A stretch of DNA of 64,000 nt from Candidatus Obscuribacteraceae bacterium (GCA_044226015.1 JBGAHS010000001.1:160001-224000); one strand, 5' to 3'; shown: positions 49,375 through 58,650, counted from the first letter of the stretch. Numbers and translations: made by a program. Notes: a model not told the origin generated them from the letters alone.

Positions 49375-49556
49375 AACCGCAGGAATGAGCTGGACCTTGA
49401 CGAATTAGCTGGACCCGCAGGAATGAGCTGGACCCGCGGGAATGAGCTGGACCCGGATGAACGAGCTGGACCCGCGGGAATGAGCTGGACCTGCACGAAT
49501 GAGCTGGGCCTGCACGAATGGGCTGGACCTGGACCCGAGCTGGACCCGCATGAATT
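49375..49556. repeat. About nine tandem copies of a 19-bp unit (GAATGAGCTGGACCCGCRG)
   Basis: Direct head-to-tail copies downstream of the 49618-49953 gene. Confidence 0.88.
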
Positions 49557-49617
49557 TAGTGAGTTTGTACCGCCCGCTGCGGAAAAGCGAAGCAGGTTAG
49601 ACTTGAGGCATCGGTCG

Positions 49618-49953
49618 TTAGAACGCCAATGCTGGCTCTACAACTTGAGGCGCTGCAGCAGCAGGCACTTCGTCTTTCTTCTTGACTTGGTAGCAGCCTA
49701 CACAGTAGACGGGCCTGTAGCCTTTGGGGCGAAACGGAACGCGAGTTGGGCATCCGCAATCAGCACAGCTAACTTCTGATGTTCTATTGAGATCATCGCC
49801 ATTGCGTTGAACACGCATAACTAGACGACAGTTGGGGCAGCGTTTTGGTTCGTTTTTCAAACCTTTTTGCAAGAAGAACTCTTGCTCGCCAATGGAGAAT
49901 ACAAAGGGTTGGTTGCAATCACGGCAATTCAGAATTTTTTCGTCGAGTGACAT
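49618..49953 (-). CDS. Zinc-ribbon protein (zf-trcl + CxxC-x17-CxxC)
   Basis: CRDC..FSIGEQEFF..NEPKRCPNCR; CADC..VPFRP..PVYC..C. Confidence 0.9.
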   Translation of the reverse strand: MSLDEKILNCRDCNQPFVFSIGEQEFFLQKGLKNEPKRCPNCRLVMRVQRNGDDLNRTSEVSCADCGCPTRVPFRPKGYRPVYCVGCYQVKKKDEVPAAAAPQVVEPALAF

Positions 49954-50308
49954 TGCGCTTGATACCTGGTGAACGATGAAGTGAGTTTATTTCGACGGCT
50001 GCCCGCTGTCGACATTTAGGGTCATGCTAGCACACAATTAGTAAATATGAAAGATGTCTTTGCTATAGCTTCGGGAAATCTTATACAAATCTATTGATTC
50101 CCCCATCACTCAAATGAGGTAACCCGGAATTCTCCAATTTGAATGTTGTCAGTAATTCGATAACTTACAGAAGAGGCATTCGTTTTATTGCTTTTGGAAC
50201 TGTCCAAAGTAAAAGCGGTAGCTAGTTATCAAATTAGCTTCACGACTTAAATCAAATTCCAAGAGTTTATTCTTATGCCAGTGCGTACTCCACTATGCAG
50301 GAATTGCG

Positions 50309-52954
50309 ATGACAGAAGAGCCGATAGTCAAAGATGTAAAACGGGCAATGATGCCGTCAGTCTGGATAATGTTCTGGTCTTGTGTGATTTTTTCGTCGGG
50401 TCTTTTCATTCTGCTCTTGACCCAGAGCAAGACACTTTTGACTTCAATTACATCGGTAGGCTTCTCTTTGTCGGGTGGATTGCTGCTGATCTTTGCAACA
50501 CTTGGACTGGTCAGTCTTTTCAAACGAAAGAATGTAAGCGAGCAGGTGATCGGAGCCTTAAAGGATGACACGGCTGCTTTAGAGTCCAGGCAAGGTTCCG
50601 CGTTTTGGATCGCCTTTGCTGCGGCGTTGGGCTTGTTTTTGGAACTCATGATCGTTCGTATGCATGGAAACTCTGTGCAACTGTTTGCTTACTATAAAAA
50701 CGTTAGTTTGATGTCCTGCTTTCTAGGATTGGGTATTGGATACTCGCTGGAAAAATCACGTCCGTTGACGCTTGCGTTTTTCTTACCTCTTATTTCCTTG
50801 CAGCTTTTATTTCTCAACATCATGCGTTGGTCTGACTTGAGCTATTTGCTGCGAAATCCAACTCATGAGCAGGCCACTTTTGAAATCTATATGGCTTCCA
50901 CGGCAGCTGATTTTATGATTTCGCTGGGATTCATAGTCACAGTTTTCGTTTTTAACACAATCGCGTTTATTCCGTTGGGTCAACTTGCTTCTCAGCTCAT
51001 GAGCAAGAAATCTTCCTTATATTGTTATTCATGGAACTTGATTGGAAGTCTCGGTGGCGTCGCTCTTTTTGCGATTCTCTCATTCTTGTGGATGCCGCCC
51101 GCCATTTGGATGGCAATCGCAGCTGCAGGAGTACTTCTATTCTTGCGCCGAGAACGCTCATTGCTACCTTCCGTTTTTGCTTCTGTCTTTGCTGTTGGAT
51201 TGCTGGCAATGCCGGTTAGATCTTTTCTGTTCCAGCCACTGAAGTACGACATATATTCGCCCTATCAGGTTCTTACTGTTAATCTCGATCATTCGTGGCC
51301 GAAGATTTTGGCTAACAATACCTGGTTGCAGCAGATTGTCAATTTGAAACCGGAGATGGTGAGAACCTATCCCGATCAGCTTGGTCCTATTGCAGCAGCC
51401 TATGGGCTCCCATACAGGTATAAGCCAGCCCCGGACAACGTTCTAATTGTAGGTAGCGGCACTGGAAATGATATTGCCGCTGCCATCAGGGGTGGTGCTA
51501 AAGATGTAGATGCGGTCGAAATCGATCCAGGTATCATTCAAATCGGAAGTTCGATGCATCCCGAGCATCCGTATGCTAGACCACAAGTGCACATTATCAA
51601 TGATGATGCGCGCCACTATATTCGGCACTGCAAGAAGCGTTACGACCTCATTATTTACGGCTATCTAGACTCTACTAGCACACTTACTGCTAATTCTGGT
51701 GGAGTGCGAATGGACAGTTATGTCTGGACAGAGGAGGGCTTCAAAGAAGCTCGCGCCTTATTAAAGCCGGATGGAATGGTTTGTTGTACAGTTTGTATTC
51801 TTCCAGAACTCACTCACAAAGTTTTTCGCATGCTGCAAGAAGCTTTTGATGGACAAACTCCAATCGTTTATAACACCATCTGGGATTCTGGTTTTACTTT
51901 CATATTAGGAAACAAGCAAATTAAAGCACTGCCCGATAGTGATTTAAGTGGTGCCTCTTCACTTGCAAGCTTTCGAGAAGATGGAGGAAGCATCAAACTA
52001 GCTGAGACCGCCGCAGATAAACCTGTGAATTCCGCAGATAAACCTGTGAATTCCGCAGATAAACCTGTGAATTCCGCAGATAAACCTGTCAATTCCACAG
52101 ATAAACCTGCAAACTCCACAGACAAACTTGCAAATTCTAATGGAGCTGGACAGTCTTCTGTACAAACAAAATATGTTGTGCCTTTTAAGGATTTGACGCC
52201 AAGTTATATTGCTGATAAATCGCCTGTCGACATAGCAACAGACGACTGGCCATTTTTATGGATGTTCAAGCGTTCCTATCCACTTACATACGCGGCCGTG
52301 ATCGGTTTGTTGACAGTTATCTCGGTTTTTCTCGTAAAAAGATTTTTGCCGGCTAAGAGTGAGTCATCCCCAGGCGCGGCGACCTTTTCTTGGCCGTGTT
52401 TCTTCTTAGGGGCAGGGTTTATGTTGGTGGAAACCAAAGGAATTACCGAACTTGCTCTAGTTTGGGGAAGTACTTGGTTTGTTACAAGTATTGTGGTGGC
52501 AGCAGTAATTATTCTTGCATTCTTGGCGAATATGATTGTCTCCAAAACAGAGAAAACCCCAACAACTCTAAGTTACCTATGTTTGTTTTTGACACTTGCT
52601 GGCGGATTTGCTCTTTCTTACTTTCATGTTGACTTCAAAGCTCTTGGAGCCGACCTTGAGCGCATAGTAATGACTATATTACTTACTTTGCCGCTCTTCT
52701 TCTCTGGATTTGCTTTTTCATCTGAGCTGAAAAAATCTGGAGCAATAGGTGTTGCGCTGTCCTCAAACCTTCTCGGTGGCATGCTTGGTGGTTTTGTGGA
52801 ATACAACTCGCTTTTCTTTGGCTACAGGTCGTTGTATATCTTCGCCCTGTTGATGTACGTGTGCGCCATGATTTCCTCAGTCAAGCAAAAGCCGCAAATT
52901 AGTTCGACTGCTCCCGAAGCTACCAGTGATGAAACATCGGTGCCGTCGAATTAA
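50309..52954 (+). CDS. Polytopic membrane protein with spermidine-synthase-like SAM-binding domain
   Basis: Many TM segments flanking VLIVGSGTGND..AVEID, DDAR and ATDDWPF. Confidence 0.85.
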   Translation: MTEEPIVKDVKRAMMPSVWIMFWSCVIFSSGLFILLLTQSKTLLTSITSVGFSLSGGLLLIFATLGLVSLFKRKNVSEQVIGALKDDTAALESRQGSAFWIAFAAALGLFLELMIVRMHGNSVQLFAYYKNVSLMSCFLGLGIGYSLEKSRPLTLAFFLPLISLQLLFLNIMRWSDLSYLLRNPTHEQATFEIYMASTAADFMISLGFIVTVFVFNTIAFIPLGQLASQLMSKKSSLYCYSWNLIGSLGGVALFAILSFLWMPPAIWMAIAAAGVLLFLRRERSLLPSVFASVFAVGLLAMPVRSFLFQPLKYDIYSPYQVLTVNLDHSWPKILANNTWLQQIVNLKPEMVRTYPDQLGPIAAAYGLPYRYKPAPDNVLIVGSGTGNDIAAAIRGGAKDVDAVEIDPGIIQIGSSMHPEHPYARPQVHIINDDARHYIRHCKKRYDLIIYGYLDSTSTLTANSGGVRMDSYVWTEEGFKEARALLKPDGMVCCTVCILPELTHKVFRMLQEAFDGQTPIVYNTIWDSGFTFILGNKQIKALPDSDLSGASSLASFREDGGSIKLAETAADKPVNSADKPVNSADKPVNSADKPVNSTDKPANSTDKLANSNGAGQSSVQTKYVVPFKDLTPSYIADKSPVDIATDDWPFLWMFKRSYPLTYAAVIGLLTVISVFLVKRFLPAKSESSPGAATFSWPCFFLGAGFMLVETKGITELALVWGSTWFVTSIVVAAVIILAFLANMIVSKTEKTPTTLSYLCLFLTLAGGFALSYFHVDFKALGADLERIVMTILLTLPLFFSGFAFSSELKKSGAIGVALSSNLLGGMLGGFVEYNSLFFGYRSLYIFALLMYVCAMISSVKQKPQISSTAPEATSDETSVPSN
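52011..52136 (+). repeat. In-frame 21-bp tandem repeat x6 (ADKPVNS)
   Basis: ccgcagataaacctgtgaatt, three perfect and three diverging copies. Confidence 0.9.
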
Positions 52955-53189
52955 CTGCGATCATGCGGACAAAAAACGTCTATCCAATACTTGAGAAATT
53001 GAGTTTGATTTCTCTATGTAAGCCAGCTTTCTAGGTTTTTAAGGAAAATAGAAGACTCAAGCGAACTGAGCAAAAATATAAACGATCGGATGTCAGTGCC
53101 TTAAAAGAAGATGCAATTGCATTTTTGATTGAACTTTTTTGTCAATAATTACGTTTATAGAAGTACGAGATCCGATCAGAGGTTTTTCT

Positions 53190-54188
53190 ATGAGTAAGGA
53201 ACCTAGCTCCTTTGCGCTTCTATATCCTGAGTTCAATAAGCAATTTCCCGATGACATAGCTTGTGTTGATTATCTTTTTGAGGAAGGCTGGAACAAAGAT
53301 AAGCCTTGTTCTTTCTGTGGTTCTTTGGAGTTGTCTGAAACTACGTCGTTTAGAGTACGAGAGTGTAAGTCCTGTGGAGCGGAGAACTGGATTTTTGCTG
53401 GTACCTTTCTCGAGAGAATCAGGCGAATTCGGGCCTGGTTTGCGGGACTTTGGTTCAGTAAAATGGGAGTGAGATTCTCTTGTAGTGAGTTTGCTCGATA
53501 TTTAGGTGTAAGTCCCGACACTGCAGAGCGCATTTCTAAAACAATTGCCCTTAACTTGCTCGACCTGATGGACTTTTTGCCAACGGTTTCCTCAGCAGAG
53601 TTTATGGAAATATTTGCTCGTAGAAGTACTGAGACACCAGCAAGAGAACATCCAAGAGTTGAACAAGATGAAATTGAAGCATCATCTCTCTTACCGGAGG
53701 TTTCGGAACAGGCTGATTTCGTGAATGATTCAAATGCACTCAGCGAACAGGAAAAATGTGTACTTGATCAGCTTGAGCTCGAACGATTCTCTACCATAGA
53801 TACCCTTGTTGAGCTAACACAATTGGATTTCTCTGATCTGGTTCAGATTGTTTCTTTGCTTGAAATCAAAGGTTTTATTGAGTCAAGTATGGGACAGCAA
53901 TTTAGATTGTGCAAAAAGAAAAGAGTTGCTTCAGGAAATCTGTCGGACTCCAGTCAATCAGTTGTTCTTGGCTTTATGGGCGATGTGAAACGCGTACCTC
54001 AAAGAATTAGCCGAAAATATGTCCAGTTGCATCTTGCCCTTTATTGGTCGGCTACTCAACGAGATGTTTGGGACAAGCACGATTTAATTTTCAGAATATT
54101 GGACAAAGAATCTGCCAGCAGAAAAGAGCTTCGCGACTATATTTCACCTCAACAAGTTCGAATTCCGATTGATTCCTTGGCTATTTGA
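53190..54188 (+). CDS. IS1595-transposase-derived protein (Zn ribbon + HTH + winged helix, no DDE core evident)
   Basis: FPDDIACVDYL..W..CSFCGS..CKSC..AGT..FARYLGVS..TA; DprA-like wHTH; ISRKYVQLHL tail. Confidence 0.65.
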   Translation: MSKEPSSFALLYPEFNKQFPDDIACVDYLFEEGWNKDKPCSFCGSLELSETTSFRVRECKSCGAENWIFAGTFLERIRRIRAWFAGLWFSKMGVRFSCSEFARYLGVSPDTAERISKTIALNLLDLMDFLPTVSSAEFMEIFARRSTETPAREHPRVEQDEIEASSLLPEVSEQADFVNDSNALSEQEKCVLDQLELERFSTIDTLVELTQLDFSDLVQIVSLLEIKGFIESSMGQQFRLCKKKRVASGNLSDSSQSVVLGFMGDVKRVPQRISRKYVQLHLALYWSATQRDVWDKHDLIFRILDKESASRKELRDYISPQQVRIPIDSLAI

Positions 54189-54265
54189 TGATTTGACCTT
54201 GAAACAATCCATTGTGCGCAAGGGAAGTATTGCTTCTTATTTGCGGACGCGAGTACATTTTTTGA

Positions 54266-54320
54266 TTTCGTAGGCAAACGAACACTGCCTCATAGAGGCA
54301 GTGTTCATTTGCCTACGAAA
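54266..54320. repeat. 26-bp-arm palindrome with one mismatch
   Basis: TTTCGTAGGCAAACGAACACTGCCTC-ata-GAGGCAGTGTTCATTTGCCTACGAAA. Confidence 0.85.
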
Positions 54321-54408
54321 CTATGTTTTTCCTGATTTTCTTACTTCGTTTTTAAGCCTAATGTTTGAAAACTAAATCGTTAACGATCTAGTTTTGGACT
54401 AGGAGGGG

Positions 54409-56301
54409 TCAGCAATGACAAGAACCGCAACCATCACAACCGCTGCACCCATCACAACCCCCGCATCCATCACATCCACCCGCGCAATCCCCACAACCAT
54501 GGCATCCACCCCCACAATCACCACAAGAGCCACAGCAGTCGGCTGACGAGCAAGCCTCGCAGCCGCAGCTCTCGCAACATGAGGTAGCCGGAAAGCAATG
54601 GTGAACATCTGTGCCACACGGGTTTATCTCACAACTACAGCAATTACTATCGCCTGCACAGTCAAAGCAATTAAGGCAGTCGCAGAAGCTATCATCACAG
54701 CAAATACCTCGATTCTTGCTGCCTTCCATCTCCCTCATGCGATCAGTTCTGCGTTTTCGTTTGCTAGGGCTTCGCCCCCCGTCGTATTCACCATCCTCTA
54801 CAAGCTCTGTGGAATCCTCTTGCTTACCAGGTTCGGCAAATGGGCTCTTTGGTTTTCTTTCGCGATTTCGGTCAGGGGCGTTGTTTCTCTGGAGAATGAT
54901 CTCAGCGAAGCTCACCTCAGCGGAACGGTGGTATTGCATACGGTGGCGTAGTGCCATGTTGCTTATCTCTCGTAGCAAGGTGCCCCATGCAATTAGGCTA
55001 AATGGGAGGGTTAGGCATTCGGCTTCCGAATTCGCCTGCTTTGATAATGAGGGAAATAGGTAAATGGTGAACCAGAGAAGGACGTACGAAAGCCCGAAGC
55101 GAGCAGAGGGATTCTCAAGCAGGCGATTTAACTCGCTTTCCACCTGCGCTATTCTGTTTTGCCAGTCCGCTGAAACACGCTCTTTTGCAGACGACTTGAA
55201 CTCTTTGTTTTTCTCAGAGCTGCATCCCGCCGCTGGGCTACTTAATTTGCGGCGGAGATTTTGTGCGAGACGCTTGGAAAAATCTCGATATTTTTCCTCT
55301 GACAGGCTTAGCGTTTTGAGCGAATTCAGTGCAATCTTATAGTTCGCCAAGATGAAGTCTCTGATTATTGCTTTCGCTTTTTGTTCGTTGAGCGACCTTT
55401 TCGCAATCAGTAAGTTGATCGGGTTAAATGCCCCACTCTTTTTGTCTTTTTGTATGTCATCGAGGGCGTCAAGACTGTAAATCATCTTGCCAAAAGCTTC
55501 TCCAAACATTGAAAGCTGTTTGCAATCTTCCTTGCTTCCGCAAAAATATGTTCCTCCTTGTTGAAATACTGATTTTGTGATTTCTGCAGTGGAAAACGCG
55601 CATCCTTCGAGAAACTCTTTGTTCGATAGATTTGTCAAATCTCTTTCGAGTTCAAACTCCATTTGACTTTGTTGGGTAGAAAGCTGAACGTACAATGGCA
55701 ACGGAAAGCCACGCTGCTCCAATCTATTGCTCGCCTCCACCATTGATGGCGCAAAAATGGATTCTACGCCCTTCCAAAATCGTTTTTGTTGAGAGCGTGA
55801 ATCTTGAATTTTGTCATCAATGTGTAATGCCGTTAGAACGATGTGGAGATCGGCCGCAAGCTGCAATTCTAGAGGGATCTTTCGATTCAATTCGTCAGAT
55901 GGGGGCGTGTCGAAGCAGTTGAAAGAGCGAAAAGATAAAGAGGGTGTACATGTTTCGTTCTTTTGGAGGTTCTCGATTGATTCGTTTGAGGCTTTCGCTG
56001 CATCATTTACTAACGCCGCTATGTAATCGGCGCATGTGGTTGTACCAGCAGAAAGTGTTTCCGCGTTTACTTGATCATGATCGGCTGGAACATGTTGCCT
56101 ATCTGCTCTTTCGTTTTTGCCTGGGGAGGTCAATGCTGACAGCAGTTCAGCATAGAAGACCAAATCATTATTTAGCAGGAAGCGTGGCATTTGTCCGTAT
56201 AGACTTCCTATGGTTTTGCAGGTTCCGCAATAAAAAAAACGTCTCTCTTCTTTTTGCGCTGTTGTTAGCTGGCATTGGGACAAATTCATCAGACCAAACA
56301 T
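54409..56301 (-). CDS. DUF5685-like protein with Cys-rich C-terminal tail
   Basis: MFG..YCGTC..G..YG..R..L..D N-terminus; DDKIQD and LDALDD..KD..G.FNP; 31 Cys in the last about 100 aa. Confidence 0.8.
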   Translation of the reverse strand: MFGLMNLSQCQLTTAQKEERRFFYCGTCKTIGSLYGQMPRFLLNNDLVFYAELLSALTSPGKNERADRQHVPADHDQVNAETLSAGTTTCADYIAALVNDAAKASNESIENLQKNETCTPSLSFRSFNCFDTPPSDELNRKIPLELQLAADLHIVLTALHIDDKIQDSRSQQKRFWKGVESIFAPSMVEASNRLEQRGFPLPLYVQLSTQQSQMEFELERDLTNLSNKEFLEGCAFSTAEITKSVFQQGGTYFCGSKEDCKQLSMFGEAFGKMIYSLDALDDIQKDKKSGAFNPINLLIAKRSLNEQKAKAIIRDFILANYKIALNSLKTLSLSEEKYRDFSKRLAQNLRRKLSSPAAGCSSEKNKEFKSSAKERVSADWQNRIAQVESELNRLLENPSARFGLSYVLLWFTIYLFPSLSKQANSEAECLTLPFSLIAWGTLLREISNMALRHRMQYHRSAEVSFAEIILQRNNAPDRNRERKPKSPFAEPGKQEDSTELVEDGEYDGGRSPSKRKRRTDRMREMEGSKNRGICCDDSFCDCLNCFDCAGDSNCCSCEINPCGTDVHHCFPATSCCESCGCEACSSADCCGSCGDCGGGCHGCGDCAGGCDGCGGCDGCSGCDGCGSCHC

Positions 56302-56595
56302 CTAGCTTGCAAACTCCTTTTAATAGCTGTCATCGAGAAAATAGCCATGCAACAACCAAGATTAGAATGGGTTAATTCTAATTGAGATTTGGAAAAGCTC
56401 TTCTATTGAAACAATTTCTTCAACAATTTCTTCTGAGAATAGGTTTGCTGAGAAAACACAATTTTTTGGTTGTAGTGCTTTGTTATTTGGTGGACGATCA
56501 GCAGGAGTCTACGAACAGAGTGGGTGTTCGCAATTAAATGTGAGTTGATGAGTAAGCAACGCAATGCTCTTGAAGTCGGAGCTATGCCAGAGTCT

Positions 56596-57582
56596 CTATC
56601 TTGTGATAGGTTTGCGGTCTTTCGAGCGAGAATAGACACCACTGCTCAAGTCAGCAGGCTGCCCGCAAAAATGTGCTGCCGCAGCCACCATAGCAGCGTT
56701 GTCTGTACAGTATTTCATTTTTGGATAATAGACAGGAACGGGAGATTGGTCATCAAACTTAGCTCGCAAGGTTTTGTTTGCCGCAACACCGCCAGCTAGC
56801 ACTATATATGGTGCCGCAAACTCTTCTTGTGCTTTCAGTGTTTTTTTTACCAGCACTCGGGTGACGGCCTCTTGAAACGATGCTGCAATATCTGCAATTG
56901 GCAGAGTTCCTTCGAGCTTTTGCACTGTTCGTAAAACTGAAGTTTTCAGTCCGCTGAAGCTGAAGTTATATCCGGATACGACGCCCTCGGGGAAAGCGAA
57001 CGCGTCTTTGTTTCCGGACTGAGCTAATCTGTCTATTTCTGCACCACCTGGATACGGGAGTCCGAGTAATCGAGCCACTTTGTCATAGGCTTCCCCGGCT
57101 GCATCATCGAGGGTTTTTCCCAATACCTCTGCTTCAGTGTAGTCTTTGAAATAGACAATTTGACTATGTCCACCGCTTACCAGCAAAGCTATAAAAGGTG
57201 GTTTCAAATCTGTTTCAAGAAAATTTGCTGCTACGTGAGCCAATAGATGATCTACTGCTATCAGCGGTTTTTCGAAAGTCCACGCTAAAGATTTTGCTGC
57301 AAGCAGCCCAGTCAGAAGTGTGCCTATCAGACCTGGACCCGCCGTGTAGGCGATTGCGTCCAGTTCTTCAAAACTAAGCTTTGCTTGGAGCATCGCTTCA
57401 TCGATAACTTGATTAATTGTTTCCAGATGCTGCCGAGCTGCAACTTCAGGGACGACTCCCCCAAAAACTTTGTGAGTCTCAACCTGTGACAAGAGACAGC
57501 TTGAAAGAACCTCCCTCCCATCTCTGACTACAGCTGCTGCCGTTTCGTCACAACTACTTTCGATACCAAGATAAACAGGCAT
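56596..57582 (-). CDS. tsaD: tRNA N6-threonylcarbamoyltransferase
   Basis: LGIESSCDET, GGVVPEVAARQH, HLLAH, VSGGH, DDAAGEAYDK, FSFSGLKT, CTDNAAM. Confidence 0.97.
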   Translation of the reverse strand: MPVYLGIESSCDETAAAVVRDGREVLSSCLLSQVETHKVFGGVVPEVAARQHLETINQVIDEAMLQAKLSFEELDAIAYTAGPGLIGTLLTGLLAAKSLAWTFEKPLIAVDHLLAHVAANFLETDLKPPFIALLVSGGHSQIVYFKDYTEAEVLGKTLDDAAGEAYDKVARLLGLPYPGGAEIDRLAQSGNKDAFAFPEGVVSGYNFSFSGLKTSVLRTVQKLEGTLPIADIAASFQEAVTRVLVKKTLKAQEEFAAPYIVLAGGVAANKTLRAKFDDQSPVPVYYPKMKYCTDNAAMVAAAAHFCGQPADLSSGVYSRSKDRKPITR

Positions 57583-57757
57583 TTGCACTCCTCTGGGTGA
57601 CTTTAGTTTAGCTAATTTCCCGTTTCTAGAAGCTTTTCGAACATTTCTTTGTTCATCTTCCGAATTAATCTGTCATGTCGACGAGAAGTTGCTTTTTTGT
57701 CTTTCGCTTTTTGTGAAGAATGGGCTAAATGCTTTTCTGACGTGCCTCTTCTGTGGT

Positions 57758-57786
57758 TTGACAGCTATACTTCAGGAGGGTAGGAT
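57758..57786 (+). promoter_or_regulatory. Sigma70 promoter P1
   Basis: TTGACA-17 bp-TAGGAT. Confidence 0.6.
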
Positions 57787-57792
57787 CAAAGC

Positions 57793-57895
57793 ATCCGGCT
57801 AATTTTGAGCCCCCTGGGGTTAAAAGTGTACTGACCTGGAATTCAAAGCTTCATGGTCTGAAGCTGTAAAATCCAGTAAATTAGCCAGAAAAACA
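57793..57895 (+). ncRNA. Candidate structured small RNA or 5' leader
   Basis: Starts at the expected +1 of P1; closing stem GGCTAATTT/AAATTAGCC enclosing CTGGA/TCCAG and AGCTTCA/TGAAGCT stems. Confidence 0.35.
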
Positions 57896-57907
57896 GATGA
57901 AATCAAG

Positions 57908-57936
57908 TTGACAAGCGGGGTGCGCTGGAGTACGAT
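57908..57936 (+). promoter_or_regulatory. Sigma70 promoter P2
   Basis: TTGACA-17 bp-TACGAT. Confidence 0.6.
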
Positions 57937-58012
57937 CCACCTATCTGTAAAGACAGAACTTACTACCAGTGCGAATCGAATATTCAGTGACCGACCAATT
58001 CAGAGGTTCCAG

Positions 58013-58594
58013 ATGAAAAAGAGTATATTGCTCAGTGCAAGCCTCATAAGCATGGTCTTTTGCTCTGTGCCAGTCATGGCCCAGATGCCTGGAGATCAAG
58101 GTGCCCTCAACTCAGGGGCCTCCCCTGGTACACAGGGTGGCTACGGTCACAGCAGCTGGAGATTCACTGAGACCCCATGGGACTACCAGCAAGTGGACAG
58201 TCCAGGACATGCGGGGATCGCTCCGCAAGGATGGGCGAATACAACCCTTCCGCAGGGCGCTGGCTCACCGAATGGACCGAAACTCTTCGGAACTAGTGGC
58301 AAGAACGCTGGACCATTCGGTCAAAGTGGTGCAGCCACTGCAGCTCCCTTCCAAGGAACCTACTTTGCTCCCGGCAGCTTTGCTCTCCGGCAGCAAGGAC
58401 GTTTCACCTTGCCACCTACGGAGTTGACCAGCATCATTCGAGATTCGGGCATGAGCTTCTCAACCTACGGTGACGAAGGAACAAACGGACCTCCGCCTCT
58501 CAGCGATTTCACCACAATCGATGGTGGGCTCAGTGACCAGATGACTACTGGACACCAGAGTGATGCTCCTTCAGCTTGGGGATATCCCCAGTAA
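58013..58594 (+). CDS. Exported Gly/Pro-rich hypothetical protein
   Basis: GAGG RBS, MKKSILL..VMA signal peptide, conserved-looking YGDEGT.GPPP..F and TTGH.S..PSAW tail. Confidence 0.8.
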   Translation: MKKSILLSASLISMVFCSVPVMAQMPGDQGALNSGASPGTQGGYGHSSWRFTETPWDYQQVDSPGHAGIAPQGWANTTLPQGAGSPNGPKLFGTSGKNAGPFGQSGAATAAPFQGTYFAPGSFALRQQGRFTLPPTELTSIIRDSGMSFSTYGDEGTNGPPPLSDFTTIDGGLSDQMTTGHQSDAPSAWGYPQ

Positions 58595-58612
58595 CCTGTA
58601 ACTACAATATTG

Positions 58613-58650
58613 ATGAAAGGCTCGGCATCATATAGCTGAGCCTTTTCATT
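58613..58650 (+). terminator. Intrinsic terminator
   Basis: AAAGGCTCGGC-atcatata-GCTGAGCCTTT followed by a T-rich tract. Confidence 0.7.

Noticed and set aside
49053..49779. ORFs 49053-49496 and 49333-49779
   Set aside because: They run through the 19-bp non-triplet repeat or lie antisense to a real gene; no protein-like features
52960..54400. Intact IS1595 insertion sequence
   Set aside because: No terminal inverted repeats, target duplication or DDE motif were found
57908..58012. N-terminal extension of the 57908-58594 ORF
   Set aside because: The TTG start is the -35 box of promoter P2; the RBS and signal peptide point to ATG 58013
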